From positions 864,001 to 928,000 of the forward strand of contig CP122380.1 in NCBI GenBank assembly GCA_024650005.2: a stretch of DNA of 64,000 nt, read 5' to 3'. The stretch comes from Candidatus Bathyarchaeum tardum. Lineage in GTDB: Archaea > Thermoproteota > Bathyarchaeia > Bathyarchaeales > Bathyarchaeaceae. A program made the position numbers and the translations under genes. How positions within the stretch are numbered: the stretch's first letter is position 1; each line of letters opens with the position of its first letter. The notes under the pieces were generated by a model. It was not told the DNA's origin. It searched no databases and saw nothing but the letters and a program-made list of their open reading frames with translations. Below are positions 30,803 through 44,625 of this stretch, one piece after another.

Positions 30803-31951
30803 TTACAATTTTTTTATTAATTGTTTAAGGACAGCTAATCTTTGGATTTCAGAGGTTCCTTCATATATTTCGGTTATTTTTGCGTCCCGATATGCTCGTT
30901 CAACCTTGTATTCTCCCAGGTAACCGTACCCGCCTAAAACTTGAACTGCAGCATCAGTTGCCTTTACTGCTACTTTGCTTGCGTAAAGCTTCGCCATGGA
31001 TGTCAACATCGGATCCACGGTGTTTTGGTCTATTGTCCATGCTGCTTTGTAGGTAAGCAGTCTTGCAGCTTCAATTTCTGATGCGATTTGAGCTATTTTG
31101 GCTCCTATCTGTTGAAAACGAATTATCGGCTGTCCTGCGGATTTTCTGTTTTGAGCATATTTTACTGCAATGTCCAAGACTCCTTGGGCGGTTCCTACAG
31201 CCTGAGCTGCAATAATGGTTCTGCTTACTGTAAAAAAATCCATTGAATGACTGAAGCCTTCATCTTGTTTTCCTAGCAGGTTAGCAGCACTAACATTTAC
31301 GTTTTTGAAAGAAATTTTTCCTGTTGGAACGCATCTGATTCCCATTTTGTTTGACAACTTGGTAACCGTTATCCCTGTGGCTTTCTTATCTACAATAAAC
31401 AAAGACAGGTTTTGATGAGACTTCTTGATGTTGTTTGTTTGACACAAAACAATGAAAAAGTTGGCAATAGGCGCATTTGTTATCAGGGTTTTAGTTCCAT
31501 TTATCGTCCAATAGTCTCCATTTTTTGTTGCTTTAGTATCTACTGTTGATAAATCTGTTCCCCGAGCGGGTTCAGTAAATGCTGCTGCGCTTATGGTGAT
31601 TCCTTGGCAAAGATTTGGAAGATACTTGAGTTTTTGTTCCTCGGTTCCATGACGCAACAATATGTCACTTCCAAAGGTTCCAATGATACTAGCTAAACCT
31701 AAAGATGAATCTGCTTTACACATTTCTTCCGTGGCTAAACAAGCTGCTTGATATCCTTGACCTTTGCCCCCGTACTTTTTTGGGATAAACAGGCTGGAAA
31801 ACCCTTGTTTTGCACTTTTTCTATAAAGGTCAAACGGGAATTCTTCTTTTTTATCAAAATCAAGGGCGTAATCAGAATCAAACTCTTTTTCACAAAAGCT
31901 TCTGACAGACTCTTTTAGCTCCTTTTGTGTTTTGGTTAACTCAAAATCCAC
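30803..31951 (-). CDS. Acyl-CoA dehydrogenase
   Basis: FTEPARGTD, INGTKTLITN, QVLGGYGY, IYEGTSEIQ. Confidence 0.95.
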   Translation of the reverse strand: MDFELTKTQKELKESVRSFCEKEFDSDYALDFDKKEEFPFDLYRKSAKQGFSSLFIPKKYGGKGQGYQAACLATEEMCKADSSLGLASIIGTFGSDILLRHGTEEQKLKYLPNLCQGITISAAAFTEPARGTDLSTVDTKATKNGDYWTINGTKTLITNAPIANFFIVLCQTNNIKKSHQNLSLFIVDKKATGITVTKLSNKMGIRCVPTGKISFKNVNVSAANLLGKQDEGFSHSMDFFTVSRTIIAAQAVGTAQGVLDIAVKYAQNRKSAGQPIIRFQQIGAKIAQIASEIEAARLLTYKAAWTIDQNTVDPMLTSMAKLYASKVAVKATDAAVQVLGGYGYLGEYKVERAYRDAKITEIYEGTSEIQRLAVLKQLIKKL

Positions 31952-32015
31952 CAGAATACACCAACCAACTGATTGGTTTTAGAAAATAAAACTGTTCTCA
32001 ACCCGGGATAGATTG

Positions 32016-32330
32016 TTATTTGTCTTTGTACATTCGATCTAATGTTATTTTTAGTTGGTTTAGTTCTTCTTCAAGTTTAGTGATTTTAGTTTGCACATTG
32101 TTAAGGGCTTCTGTGAATCTTACTTGGTTTTCAAAGGCAGTAATAATGTCGTTTCCATGGTTTTTGAATCCTTTAATCACGAACTCCATGAGAACTAAGA
32201 AATCATCGTCCCTTTGCTTTAGTTGACCTCTTGCCCGAAAGCCGTCTAAGAACGCTTTGGCTTTCAGGTACGCTTCTTCGTTTTCTCTTCGAGTCTTTTG
32301 CAGCCTTTCAAGTGACGCTTCTTGATCCAT
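32016..32330 (-). CDS. Hypothetical coiled-coil protein
   Basis: 104-aa ORF with heptad C-terminus. Confidence 0.7.
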   Translation of the reverse strand: MDQEASLERLQKTRRENEEAYLKAKAFLDGFRARGQLKQRDDDFLVLMEFVIKGFKNHGNDIITAFENQVRFTEALNNVQTKITKLEEELNQLKITLDRMYKDK

Positions 32331-32507
32331 GGGGAAACCTCTGTAAACATTTTATTTGTTTTAAGCATTTAATGTTTAAGTTAATTTTTGGAGAGCAAAG
32401 CAATCAGCAATTGGATTCCACGTTCATGGATTCTAAGGGATACGAACGTACGGTATGTTTATTAGATTTCAATGCCCTAAAATATAACAGGATTCATTTT
32501 CCATTTT

Positions 32508-32699
32508 GTGGGGGGAAAAGAATTGTCAAATGAAAATCAAAAAGAGAACTTACGCCATAGGATTGCCCTATTAGAAAAAAAGATTTTCAGTCTGACCGGA
32601 AATGAACGAACCAAAGCAAGAATAGAATATGAAATGCTTTTGAAAACTTACGGAAAAGAATGTGGATTAGAAGAATCCATCTACCTTATGCGTGCATAA
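32508..32699 (+). CDS. Small hypothetical protein
   Basis: 63-aa ORF with helical, charged composition. Confidence 0.5.
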   Translation: MGGKELSNENQKENLRHRIALLEKKIFSLTGNERTKARIEYEMLLKTYGKECGLEESIYLMRA

Positions 32700-32868
32700 T
32701 CGGATTTGTTCATTGTCTGCGAAGTTGTGCAGGTTCAAACTGTTGTCTTAATAAGGAAGTACTGTGTATTATTAATTGTAGAATTCTCAGTGGATTTTGT
32801 GAACAATCCAATTAATGTCCCTTATTTTGAGTTTTCTACATAAACAATTCAAATAAAAAGGAGGGGGA

Positions 32869-33096
32869 GTGAAATTGTCTATGTCTGGTTTTCAGTTTGT
32901 AATGTTAGACCGTTTGATTCGTAAATTTGCAAAAGTAGATGCAACATCTATAGACAAAGCAGTAACCTTTGAAGAAGCCAATTTGAATGAACAAGAACAA
33001 TATTGGCTTGATTATTTTGCTGGCGCTTTTCTGGGAGCTATAAAAAAAACCAAAAACGGTCGTTACTACATTTCACAAACAACAATTTGTGGTTGA
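32869..33096 (+). CDS. Small hypothetical protein (wHTH-like end)
   Basis: GGAGGGGG RBS; 'IKKTKNGRYY'. Confidence 0.6.
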   Translation: MKLSMSGFQFVMLDRLIRKFAKVDATSIDKAVTFEEANLNEQEQYWLDYFAGAFLGAIKKTKNGRYYISQTTICG

Positions 33097-33368
33097 TTTC
33101 TAAAAATTAATTAAATTATTTTAAGGAGGCAACATTTTTGTCTGAGACTAAAAATGGCTCAAAAAAATCTGACAAAAAATTACAAACATATAATGTTATA
33201 CATTCTACAAGTAAAAAAAGAGCGATAGCTAGAAGAAAACATAGAAAACTTCGGGTTGTTGTGGATAAGCAAACAACCTGAAACTTCAGGTGCTGTTTGC
33301 ATGAACTTTTTCGTCCTTTGTTGGGTGTCCAGAAAATTTCAGAACTTATGCAGAAATCAGCAATTGCA

Positions 33369-33896
33369 TTATTCTGTACACCGCGATTTTTCTGCTAAAT
33401 GTTTGAAGTTAAAAGCTTTAATTATTTGGTCATTATCGAGGTTGACAAGGGCGCTTTTTACGTCGATTAGTAAGTAGCCTAATTCCCTGTTATGTTTTTG
33501 GATGAAATGGTCAAAGTCTTTATAATTTGGATGGAATGAAATCATTAATCCGTCAGAGTCGCATCCTCTGCAATATGAGGCGAAAACTACGTTGTTTTGT
33601 TTATTCATCCATTCTATAACTATATTATGACCTTTTTTTCGTTCTTCGATAGATGACAAGTTTGTTTTGATTTTTACAAAAGTTAAAGCCATTAGTTCAT
33701 ATCCTATTTGAAAAAAATTAGGTATTGCACTGAAACCCTGTATCACACCTTTTTTTACAAGTATTTTCTTTGTTCGGGAAATAGTTGGCTGGGACACTCC
33801 GATGATTTTTCCTAATTCTCTGTCACTTCTGCTAGAATCAATTAACAGTTCATTCAACAAAGAATGCATTTTTTCTTTCTTTTTTCCTTTGGTCAT
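33369..33896 (-). CDS. Lrp/AsnC-family transcriptional regulator
   Basis: DSSRSDRELGKIIGVSQPTISR...GVIQGFSAIPNF..IGY. Confidence 0.88.
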   Translation of the reverse strand: MTKGKKKEKMHSLLNELLIDSSRSDRELGKIIGVSQPTISRTKKILVKKGVIQGFSAIPNFFQIGYELMALTFVKIKTNLSSIEERKKGHNIVIEWMNKQNNVVFASYCRGCDSDGLMISFHPNYKDFDHFIQKHNRELGYLLIDVKSALVNLDNDQIIKAFNFKHLAEKSRCTE

Positions 33897-34118
33897 GATT
33901 TTAAACTTCCTTTGTTAACCCACAGTTTTAGAATCAATACCATACAATGTATTATCAATGTTTTCTGTTCACACCCGAATAAAAAACGTTCTAAAAAACA
34001 AGAAAAACAATTTCAATATTTTCTGGTTTAACTTTAACTGCCTCTAAACCGGATGGATTCACAATTTTTTTTATAAAATTAAAGCAGGACGAAAAAGTCT
34101 TGGGCTGAAAAATTATAT

Positions 34119-34532
34119 ATGTATCTTAATAGAGAAACATGTATTCAAACAACAGTTAGGGGGTGTAATTGTTTGGAAATTACTGAAATTATCTACTTGT
34201 TAGTCAGTATTCTGATAAGTGTTGTTGTAAACTCTTTAGTTGTTTGGTTTGCAGGAAAAAGTATGGTAGGCTCAGACAAAGCAAAATTCAGCGATGCAGT
34301 ATGGATCGTTATTTTGGGCTCCTTAATTGGAGGTGCCCTTAATGCTCTGTTGTCAGGAATCCTTGGAACAATAGTTGTATTGCTCTTGTGGTTATACTTA
34401 ATTAAACACTTCTTTGACTGCGGATGGCTAAAAGCACTAGTAATCGCAATAATTGCCGTAATAATCATGGTAATTGTCGGATTCATAATAGGACTACTTG
34501 TAGGAGTAACACTATTCACAATAGGATTCTAA
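34119..34532 (+). CDS. Small multi-pass membrane protein, paralog of 38465..38824 (start probably ~34172)
   Basis: Shared AKFxDAxWIVxLG and KHFFDCxWLKA motifs. Confidence 0.75.
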   Translation: MYLNRETCIQTTVRGCNCLEITEIIYLLVSILISVVVNSLVVWFAGKSMVGSDKAKFSDAVWIVILGSLIGGALNALLSGILGTIVVLLLWLYLIKHFFDCGWLKALVIAIIAVIIMVIVGFIIGLLVGVTLFTIGF

Positions 34533-34595
34533 AAAACCAGAATACCTATTATCTCCCTTTTTTCCAATTTTTTATTGAATGTTTCCTAGAAATCA

Positions 34596-34898
34596 TGTTG
34601 GTGTGCTGGTCGTAACCCATCTTTTGTTTTTGACGGCATTTAGCTATACGGGCTACCCGCGTCTCTTGCTGAGGTCAACAACGCCTATTCGCCCTTTCAC
34701 CCTGCAGGACAGCCGTTTCACCGTTTCCAGGCGCATTATCAGCGACTTAGCACGCATCATCTTTAACTGCGACTGGACGTTTCGTTTCTGCTCTGTAGCC
34801 AAGGCTCTCGCCTTACATCTTTGCAGATGTTGCAGTTCAGCATGGTGGATGGAGTTTCCTCAGACCGAAATCCGAAGCCGTCCGCCAGCTCACCAACA
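34596..34898 (-). ncRNA. rnpB: RNase P RNA
   Basis: Minus strand: P1 UGUUGGUGAGCUGG...CCAGCACACCAACA; P4 GAGGAAACUCCAUC with AACAAAAGAUGGGUUA; CAGAAAC and GGUGAAACGG conserved regions; about 303 nt. Confidence 0.93.
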
Positions 34899-35109
34899 AT
34901 AAAACAGTACAGGGGGCGCTTAGGGATAAAAATTCCTATGTTTAAAAGTGCCCAAAATCCATAATAGCAATGCTTATATTTTCCAACTTATGTGTAAGGT
35001 AGTTGGCGGTCAAAAATCGGACTCCGATTAGATCGCCACAATTCACACGCACCTCCTGACCTAACCCGTTAGGAGCTAAGGGTGGAGTGAGCTACTATTT
35101 GCTCGCAGT

Positions 35110-38342
<3,233 letters not shown>

Positions 38343-38464
38343 TTTGCATAGCTCAATTTTTTGTTCAGCATGGTTTTTTGTTTTTGACTATTGTCTATAG
38401 CAAAGCATAAAAACAAATTATGTCAAACCAATTGTTTACAAATTAAACAAAAGGAGGAAATGTT

Positions 38465-38824
38465 TTGGCTCTTAATTTGGATACATTGTTGATTCAAATT
38501 ATTGTTAACATTGTAGTTATGGCTCCAGTTCTTTGGCTTTCTGGAAGATTCTTAGCTGGAAAAAAGAACGCCAAGTTTGTTGACGCCATTTGGATTGTTG
38601 TTTTGGGCACTGTTATAAGCACAGTTTTCAACGCTTTGTTTGACGGAATCATTGCATCTATAATCTTGTTAGTGTTGTTGCTTGGTTTAGTAAAACACTT
38701 CTTTGATTGTAGTTGGTTGAAAGCTTTTGCTATAGCCTTGTTTGCAGTGATTATCTTTGCAGTAATAATTGCCTTACTTGCGGTTATTGGAATCGGCATC
38801 GGGCTAAGTTTGTGGCTACTCTAA
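38465..38824 (+). CDS. Small multi-pass membrane protein, paralog of 34119..34532
   Basis: GGAGG RBS; AKFVDAIWIVVLG; KHFFDCSWLKA. Confidence 0.8.
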   Translation: MALNLDTLLIQIIVNIVVMAPVLWLSGRFLAGKKNAKFVDAIWIVVLGTVISTVFNALFDGIIASIILLVLLLGLVKHFFDCSWLKAFAIALFAVIIFAVIIALLAVIGIGIGLSLWLL

Positions 38825-39006
38825 GCCTTTAGCTCTTTTCTCCCTTTTTTATTGCCTTAGTCCCTTCTGCAATGCAGACCTTTCTATGATTTCTCCTTTG
38901 ACGATAGCCATGGGCAACGTAAAAACTATGATGTTGCTTTGGTCATGACTTGTTGTCGGGAACTTTCCAAATTGATGATTTTTTTGTTTTGTTTGAACTT
39001 GATGAT

Positions 39007-40125
39007 TTATGGAATTATTTCACAACTGTTGTATTTTAAATGTTCAAAATCTGAAAGGTTGATTGTCTTGTTATCAATTAGTTGCTGGATTTGGGGTAAC
39101 GAATCTTTTAACGTGTTGATTTGGTTCTGGACGGTGTTACATATTAAATCGTATGCTTTGTCAGTCCACTGTTTAGTTACGTTAGCGTAAAGACAGCGTC
39201 CCCCACATTCTTCATAGATTTCACAATCTGTGCACGGTTGTTTAACATAGATTTGAGGAAGTTTTAATGGATGCGTGTCTTTGATGTGTCCTAAGTAGTA
39301 GTCTTTCATTCCGCTCATTGCTGGGCAGGGTATGATGTGTCCGTCTGTTTGTATGCTATAGTTGCTCCAGCCTGAGCCGCATCTTAGAAGGCTTGTTTCT
39401 TGAACAAGAAGGGAATGCATCACTCCCAAAAGGGGATAAAGCTTCAATACTTTGCGTTTTGTTTCCATTTTGTTAACCCAGTATTTTATCAGTTTTCTGA
39501 GTTGGGGATTGTAGCTGTTTTCGGTCCATTTTTTGAAGTCCCGTTTATGGAAATCGTTTTTCCAAAATCCTGCATCAAGTTGCCAATGAACTGAACTAAA
39601 AGAGTAATCAGGATTGTTTAAGAGCCATCTAACGTTTTCGTAAATGTCTGTTTGTTCCATGAGGGTCATCCGGGCAATTATTTCCCCTTCAAAGCCGTTA
39701 TTTGTGATATTTTTGATATTTTCGATTGCTTTTTTGTAGACGCCTTTTCCCCTGTAGTAATCTGTTAGTTTTTCTTTGCCATCCAATGAAACAAAAATTG
39801 TATTTAATCTATTCACGTATTCTGGTTCAAGTTTGTGTAAATGTAAACCATTAGTTTGGATGTTAAACTGTTTAGCTGGTACCTTGTCCATTATCTGTTT
39901 CATATTGTCGATGCATAACATTGGTTCGCCGCCATAAAAAATCAGAACTGCTTTTTTGTCTTTTTCAATGAACTTTGTTAACTGGTTAATGTCATAATTG
40001 ATTTCAGCAGGGACATCATAATCTACGTCAAAATCAAATTCTGTATCCATGTCATCACATGATTTACCGTAGCAGTATTTGCATTGCAAGTCACAGTTTG
40101 TTGTTAATAACAAATGAAAAAACAA
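39007..40125 (-). CDS. Radical SAM/SPASM protein (AF0577/TIGR04084-like)
   Basis: CDLQCKYC, FYGGEP, SVHWQLD, CGSG...CP, CTDC...CGGRC, C-terminal EIIP. Confidence 0.88.
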   Translation of the reverse strand: MFFHLLLTTNCDLQCKYCYGKSCDDMDTEFDFDVDYDVPAEINYDINQLTKFIEKDKKAVLIFYGGEPMLCIDNMKQIMDKVPAKQFNIQTNGLHLHKLEPEYVNRLNTIFVSLDGKEKLTDYYRGKGVYKKAIENIKNITNNGFEGEIIARMTLMEQTDIYENVRWLLNNPDYSFSSVHWQLDAGFWKNDFHKRDFKKWTENSYNPQLRKLIKYWVNKMETKRKVLKLYPLLGVMHSLLVQETSLLRCGSGWSNYSIQTDGHIIPCPAMSGMKDYYLGHIKDTHPLKLPQIYVKQPCTDCEIYEECGGRCLYANVTKQWTDKAYDLICNTVQNQINTLKDSLPQIQQLIDNKTINLSDFEHLKYNSCEIIP

Positions 40126-40273
40126 CCCGACCTCTCCAGACTACATTTACTTGGTTCAACACTTCGCACTGGTAACCCTTTCTTTACAAAAAAATTTTCC
40201 TCTTATGCAAAATGTAATTTTGAAATATTTTTTTACGGAAAATCTAAAAAAGGAAGACTTCTGATTTTGGATT

Positions 40274-41302
40274 GTGCAAACTAAAATCAAGCCTCTTTTC
40301 AAAAGTTTTTTGCGTTCACGAACTCATGCATTGTTGAACCGAACTTCAGTCAGTCCGTGGTTTGTTCATTTTGAATGCACGTATCGTTGTAACATGAAAT
40401 GCACTTTTTGCAATGTTTGGAGAAAAAGCCCTGATATCATCGAGGCGACAACTTCTAAGCTTAAACAGCGTTTGTTTGAATGCTGGGACTTGGGTTGTTT
40501 AGTTGCAAGTTTTACTGGTGGCGAACCGTTATTACGTAGCGATCTGGGGCAGTTACTAAAGTTTTCAAATAGCAACTTGGGCTTATTCACTGGTTTAGTT
40601 ACTAACGGGTTATTATTAAACAAAAAAGTTGATGACCTTTCAAAATACACCGATTTTTTGGCTGTTTCCTTTGATGTTAACAATAAAGAAATCTTCAACC
40701 AAACACGGGGGGTGGATGCTTTTGATGCCGTCAAAAACAACATTAAATATGCTAAAAAGTTGGGGATAGAACTTGACTTGTTTTCTGTTATAACTCGTGA
40801 AACTTTCGAGTTCATTGATGATACTCTTGAGTTTGCAAAATCTCTTGAGTTGCCCATCCATTTCTCTCCTGTCGATAATGTTCCCCGAGGATCCGTCGAT
40901 GAAGCCTGTGCTGAAGACTTGAAAATCCTTGAAAACAGTTTGGTTCTAAAAAAATTAGCTGAAGAAAAAAAGAACTACAGTAAAATCTATTTCGAAAGCG
41001 ACTATTTCCGTTTTCAATCTCTTGGTGGATTCCGGAACGTTATTGGCTGTTCATCAGCTTCAACTACGGTTGCCTTAAAACCGGATTCTTCAGTTGCTTT
41101 GCCCTGTCCCTTTTTCACTTTGATGAAAATCGATACAGATGAAAACTTGAAATCAAGTTTATGTTCTGAAAAAGCAAAAAACATAATTGAAAACTGTGGA
41201 AATTGGGATTTTTGCAAAAACTGTTCAATTAATTGTATGTATGTTGCATCGTTGCTTAAGCATCCCTATTTTTTGATTCGATGGGCAAAAAACAAACTTT
41301 GA
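40274..41302 (+). CDS. Radical SAM protein with Twitch/SPASM-like C-terminus
   Basis: CNMKCTFC, FTGGEPLLR, VTNG; C...PC...C..FCKNCSINC. Confidence 0.88.
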   Translation: MQTKIKPLFKSFLRSRTHALLNRTSVSPWFVHFECTYRCNMKCTFCNVWRKSPDIIEATTSKLKQRLFECWDLGCLVASFTGGEPLLRSDLGQLLKFSNSNLGLFTGLVTNGLLLNKKVDDLSKYTDFLAVSFDVNNKEIFNQTRGVDAFDAVKNNIKYAKKLGIELDLFSVITRETFEFIDDTLEFAKSLELPIHFSPVDNVPRGSVDEACAEDLKILENSLVLKKLAEEKKNYSKIYFESDYFRFQSLGGFRNVIGCSSASTTVALKPDSSVALPCPFFTLMKIDTDENLKSSLCSEKAKNIIENCGNWDFCKNCSINCMYVASLLKHPYFLIRWAKNKL

Positions 41303-41360
41303 AAACATTTTTTTGTTTTGGTTTTATCAAAAGTTAATTAAATTAGATTGATTTAGTAAA

Positions 41361-41906
41361 TTGGGGATTCATTTCTTGTCTGAACGGGAAACAATCGACA
41401 AAGTAAAAGATAAGCAGGGCATTTTTTCCAAGATTCAAAACTTTTTCACCTTAGGTTACGGAACCAAAGAAGACCTCCGTGAATTAGACAAAAAACTCAG
41501 AGATCTTTACTACGTGTGTCTTCGAGACATGCGCCATACTTGGGAAGACATTTATTTAGCAGCCATGGATGCTGGGGCTGCACAAAGCCGAGACTACAAG
41601 AAAATAATTCAAGTTTTAGATCGGGTCACTGAAAAAGTTCACCACGCAGATTACGGTTACGCTGGTTTATACGACCGGAAAGGGCATATTCGAGAAAACG
41701 AGTTGGCTGGAGTTTTCAATTTTGATAAACAGTTTTTCAATGATTTGGATACTTTGAAAAATGCAGTAACCAAAACCCAGAATGAAGTTGATGCAGAAAA
41801 CTGGGAGACAGTGTCTACTGAAGTGAAAAATGTTAAGACTTTATTACTTGCTTTTGAAGATAAATGGACTGAACGAGAAAATCAGTTCAGGCCTTTAAAA
41901 CTATAG
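41361..41906 (+). CDS. Conserved-looking hypothetical helical protein upstream of SPFH gene
   Basis: GYGTKEDLRELDKKLR, HADYGYAGLYD; 14-nt gap to the SPFH gene. Confidence 0.8.
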   Translation: MGIHFLSERETIDKVKDKQGIFSKIQNFFTLGYGTKEDLRELDKKLRDLYYVCLRDMRHTWEDIYLAAMDAGAAQSRDYKKIIQVLDRVTEKVHHADYGYAGLYDRKGHIRENELAGVFNFDKQFFNDLDTLKNAVTKTQNEVDAENWETVSTEVKNVKTLLLAFEDKWTERENQFRPLKL

Positions 41907-41920
41907 GATGGTTTATTGAA

Positions 41921-42991
41921 ATGCCAATAATAGAAAAAGTTGCATGGGATTTTGCTGGAGACGAAGATATTGCATATCGTTTCCCTAATCTTTCCCTAAA
42001 ATACGGAAGTCAAATGATCGTCAAAGAAAACCAATGGGCAGTGTTTTTCCGTGACGGCAAAGCATACGACGTTTTTGGTCCTGGACGACACACCATCACA
42101 AGCAACAATATTCCTTTGTTAACTGGTGCTTTGAAGGCTCTTCGTATAATCGGGGATGTTTTCAGTTGTGAAGTAGTTTATGTAAGTAACAGCCAATTCA
42201 GAGGAAAATTTGGCGGACAAGCCTACTCTGCCCCAAGTGGAGCCATACAATATCAAGCAGAACTTGGATACTATGGTTACCTTCTCTACAAAATCGAAGA
42301 TCCCAAATTATTTGTTATCGAATTTTTTGGCAACAAAGGCGCAAGCACATCAACTGACATTGAAAACTATATCCGTGGATTCATAAATGAACGGGTAATA
42401 GACGAGTTCGCTAATCATGACATCTTCAATGTAGTCAAAAACGTGGACGAAACTACTGACAAAGTTTCGTTGATCATAAAAGATGAAGCAGCACGCATTG
42501 GACTAAAAATCATAGACACAGTTTTTGAAGGCGTTAAAATCCCTGAAGAAGCCCGACGTTTTGCAACAACCATGGGGCAACAAGCCATGACCATGCAATA
42601 CATGAAAGAAACAACTGCAGAACTCCCTGAAGGCGGTGGAGCTGCTGGCGCTGGAGTAGGTGCAGGAATCGGAATTGCTCTGGGGAATACTCTCGGTAAG
42701 GCAATGCAGCCTTCTCAAAGTAGTGGTGGAGCACAACAAGTGCTATTGTGTCCAAACTGTGGCAGCCAAAACAACGTCGGTGCCAAATTCTGCGGAAACT
42801 GTGGAAAAAGCTTAGCCCCCGTAGCCAAGATTATTTGCCCAAAATGTGGAGCAGCCATGCCTGAATCAATGAAATTCTGTGGCAACTGTGGATCCCCAAT
42901 GAAACCAAAAAAAATTAACTGCCCAAAATGTAACACAGAAAACCTGTCCACAAACAAATTCTGCGGAAACTGCGGCAACAAGCTGGAGTAA
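41921..42991 (+). CDS. SPFH (band 7; YdjI-like) protein with three C-terminal zinc ribbons
   Basis: GSQMIVKENQWAVFFRDGK..DVFGPGRHT; GAGVGAGIG; three CPxC...KFCGNCG units. Confidence 0.9.
   Translation: MPIIEKVAWDFAGDEDIAYRFPNLSLKYGSQMIVKENQWAVFFRDGKAYDVFGPGRHTITSNNIPLLTGALKALRIIGDVFSCEVVYVSNSQFRGKFGGQAYSAPSGAIQYQAELGYYGYLLYKIEDPKLFVIEFFGNKGASTSTDIENYIRGFINERVIDEFANHDIFNVVKNVDETTDKVSLIIKDEAARIGLKIIDTVFEGVKIPEEARRFATTMGQQAMTMQYMKETTAELPEGGGAAGAGVGAGIGIALGNTLGKAMQPSQSSGGAQQVLLCPNCGSQNNVGAKFCGNCGKSLAPVAKIICPKCGAAMPESMKFCGNCGSPMKPKKINCPKCNTENLSTNKFCGNCGNKLE
42748..42985 (+). repeat. Three tandem zinc-ribbon coding repeats
   Basis: AAATTCTGYGGMAACTGYGG occurs three times. Confidence 0.75.
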
Positions 42992-43163
42992 TGCCTTTTT
43001 ACCTACCTGTGCTTACACATATCCACATTTCGTTCATTAATGGAAATGGTTAAATTTTAACCCCAAATAATAAATTCATTATAATTATTTTAAGAATAAT
43101 AGGCAATACAATCAAACTATGTAGTGCATCAGAGAATGGGGGATTTTAGGAGGGATTGGGGAG

Positions 43164-44039
43164 TTGTTTTTTATGAATTTTATTCAGCGTAATTTTTTTT
43201 GGCTTTTAATTAGTTTAACGTCCTTGTTTGTGTGGATTATTCGTTGGATTCCTGAAAGTTTTATTCGATTTTATAATATTGTTTTCATTTCTTGGGATTA
43301 TTACCCCCGAGTGCTGGTTAGGGGTTCAATGTATACAGTTGCTGCAATTGGGATGGTTTCCCGTTTGTTAGCTGTGTTATTAGCGATGTTAATTATCTAT
43401 CTTGTTTGGAAAGGTAAACTAAGTTCAAATTCAGCGACAAAATTTTTGGGAACTTCAATTGTTCTTGAAGGTGTATATTTTGCTTCGTTGATTCCATCGA
43501 TATTTTATTTGTTTGCTTTAGGAGCCACTAGAAATTCGTTGTTTTATTCCACTTTTGGGGTGGGTTATTTTTTGCAAGTTATTCTTACGGTTCCTTTTCT
43601 TTGGTTTTTGGGCATAAGCATTTATAGGAATAAGTTTGGTTACCGTCATTTTCAATCGTATAAATTGTTAGGCATTACTTTTTTTGGGTATATTGGTGCA
43701 TTATGGGCAAATTCAGTTTTCCATTGGTTTGGTTTAATGTTAACTGAAGGGATATCAGTTCTTTGGAATAGTTCTAGTAGTATTCTTGCTTTTAATACCC
43801 TTATTGTTATGAGTTTAGCTTTTATTTTCGCATTTTTTGGGGGTTTAGATATTTCAAAAAAGAGATTTGAATCAAAATGGGTAGGTGCAGCTTTAACTTC
43901 AGTGGGATTGCATTTTCTAATATATTTGATTTATCAATTCTTAACTGATTCATTAATTTCAGTTTGGCTCACTGATATTTGGGCTATCGGATTGCTAGCC
44001 TTGGGGTTAGCCATTCTTAAATCAAAAACATCCAAGTAA
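43164..44039 (+). CDS. Hypothetical polytopic membrane protein
   Basis: About 8 TM helices, T-rich coding sequence. Confidence 0.75.
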   Translation: MFFMNFIQRNFFWLLISLTSLFVWIIRWIPESFIRFYNIVFISWDYYPRVLVRGSMYTVAAIGMVSRLLAVLLAMLIIYLVWKGKLSSNSATKFLGTSIVLEGVYFASLIPSIFYLFALGATRNSLFYSTFGVGYFLQVILTVPFLWFLGISIYRNKFGYRHFQSYKLLGITFFGYIGALWANSVFHWFGLMLTEGISVLWNSSSSILAFNTLIVMSLAFIFAFFGGLDISKKRFESKWVGAALTSVGLHFLIYLIYQFLTDSLISVWLTDIWAIGLLALGLAILKSKTSK

Positions 44040-44625
44040 TTTTTATGAAGACTATCTTTTCTTAAATTTAGTTGCTCTTTCAAGCAAAGAATCATCTGTC
44101 AAATAATGGTAAACATCCTGAAGTAATTGAGGAGTTAGCGTCGCTGGACTAGACTTTTTAAGAACAAAGGATTCAGTTTATTTTGGTAGTGACCTGAAGA
44201 ATGATAAACGATTTAACTTGTTATACTATGGATTGCCCGAACAATTTTAAAAATGAATGCAATAAGCGAGGAGTTTCTAAAGCAAAATACTGCAAGGATT
44301 ACACTGGATTAAATATTGAAGAATAGAGTGCTAATATTTAGAAAATGATTGTTTAGCTTATATTAACACTTACAAATGCAAGTGAGATAACGTAAAATTA
44401 GTTCTTAATTGGCTAATTCATTATCTCACAATTGTGGAATTTTTTTGTTATAGTATTTGGTTTTGTGTATTGTCATAAGAAGGGTAGATATGAAGGATAA
44501 AAGAGGAAAAAAGGTTAAAATTTAACTAAGAAAAGGAGGGATTGTGAGATTTTCTGTGGTTGAGATCAACATGCTCACATGTGCTTAAGCTTAACTACGC
44601 CGTCACGAATGCATACATATGTCGA

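Noticed and set aside
34579-34902. 107-aa plus-strand ORF
   Set aside because: It is antisense to RNase P RNA.
35050-35057. CACCTCCT as a 16S rRNA 3'-end remnant
   Set aside because: It lacks the preceding GGATC and helix 45 sequence; 8 nt is not enough evidence.
38853-38915. About 20-aa minus-strand ORF (MAIVKGEIIERSALQKGLRQ) as a radical SAM precursor peptide
   Set aside because: It is too short, has no distinctive motif and has no supporting evidence.
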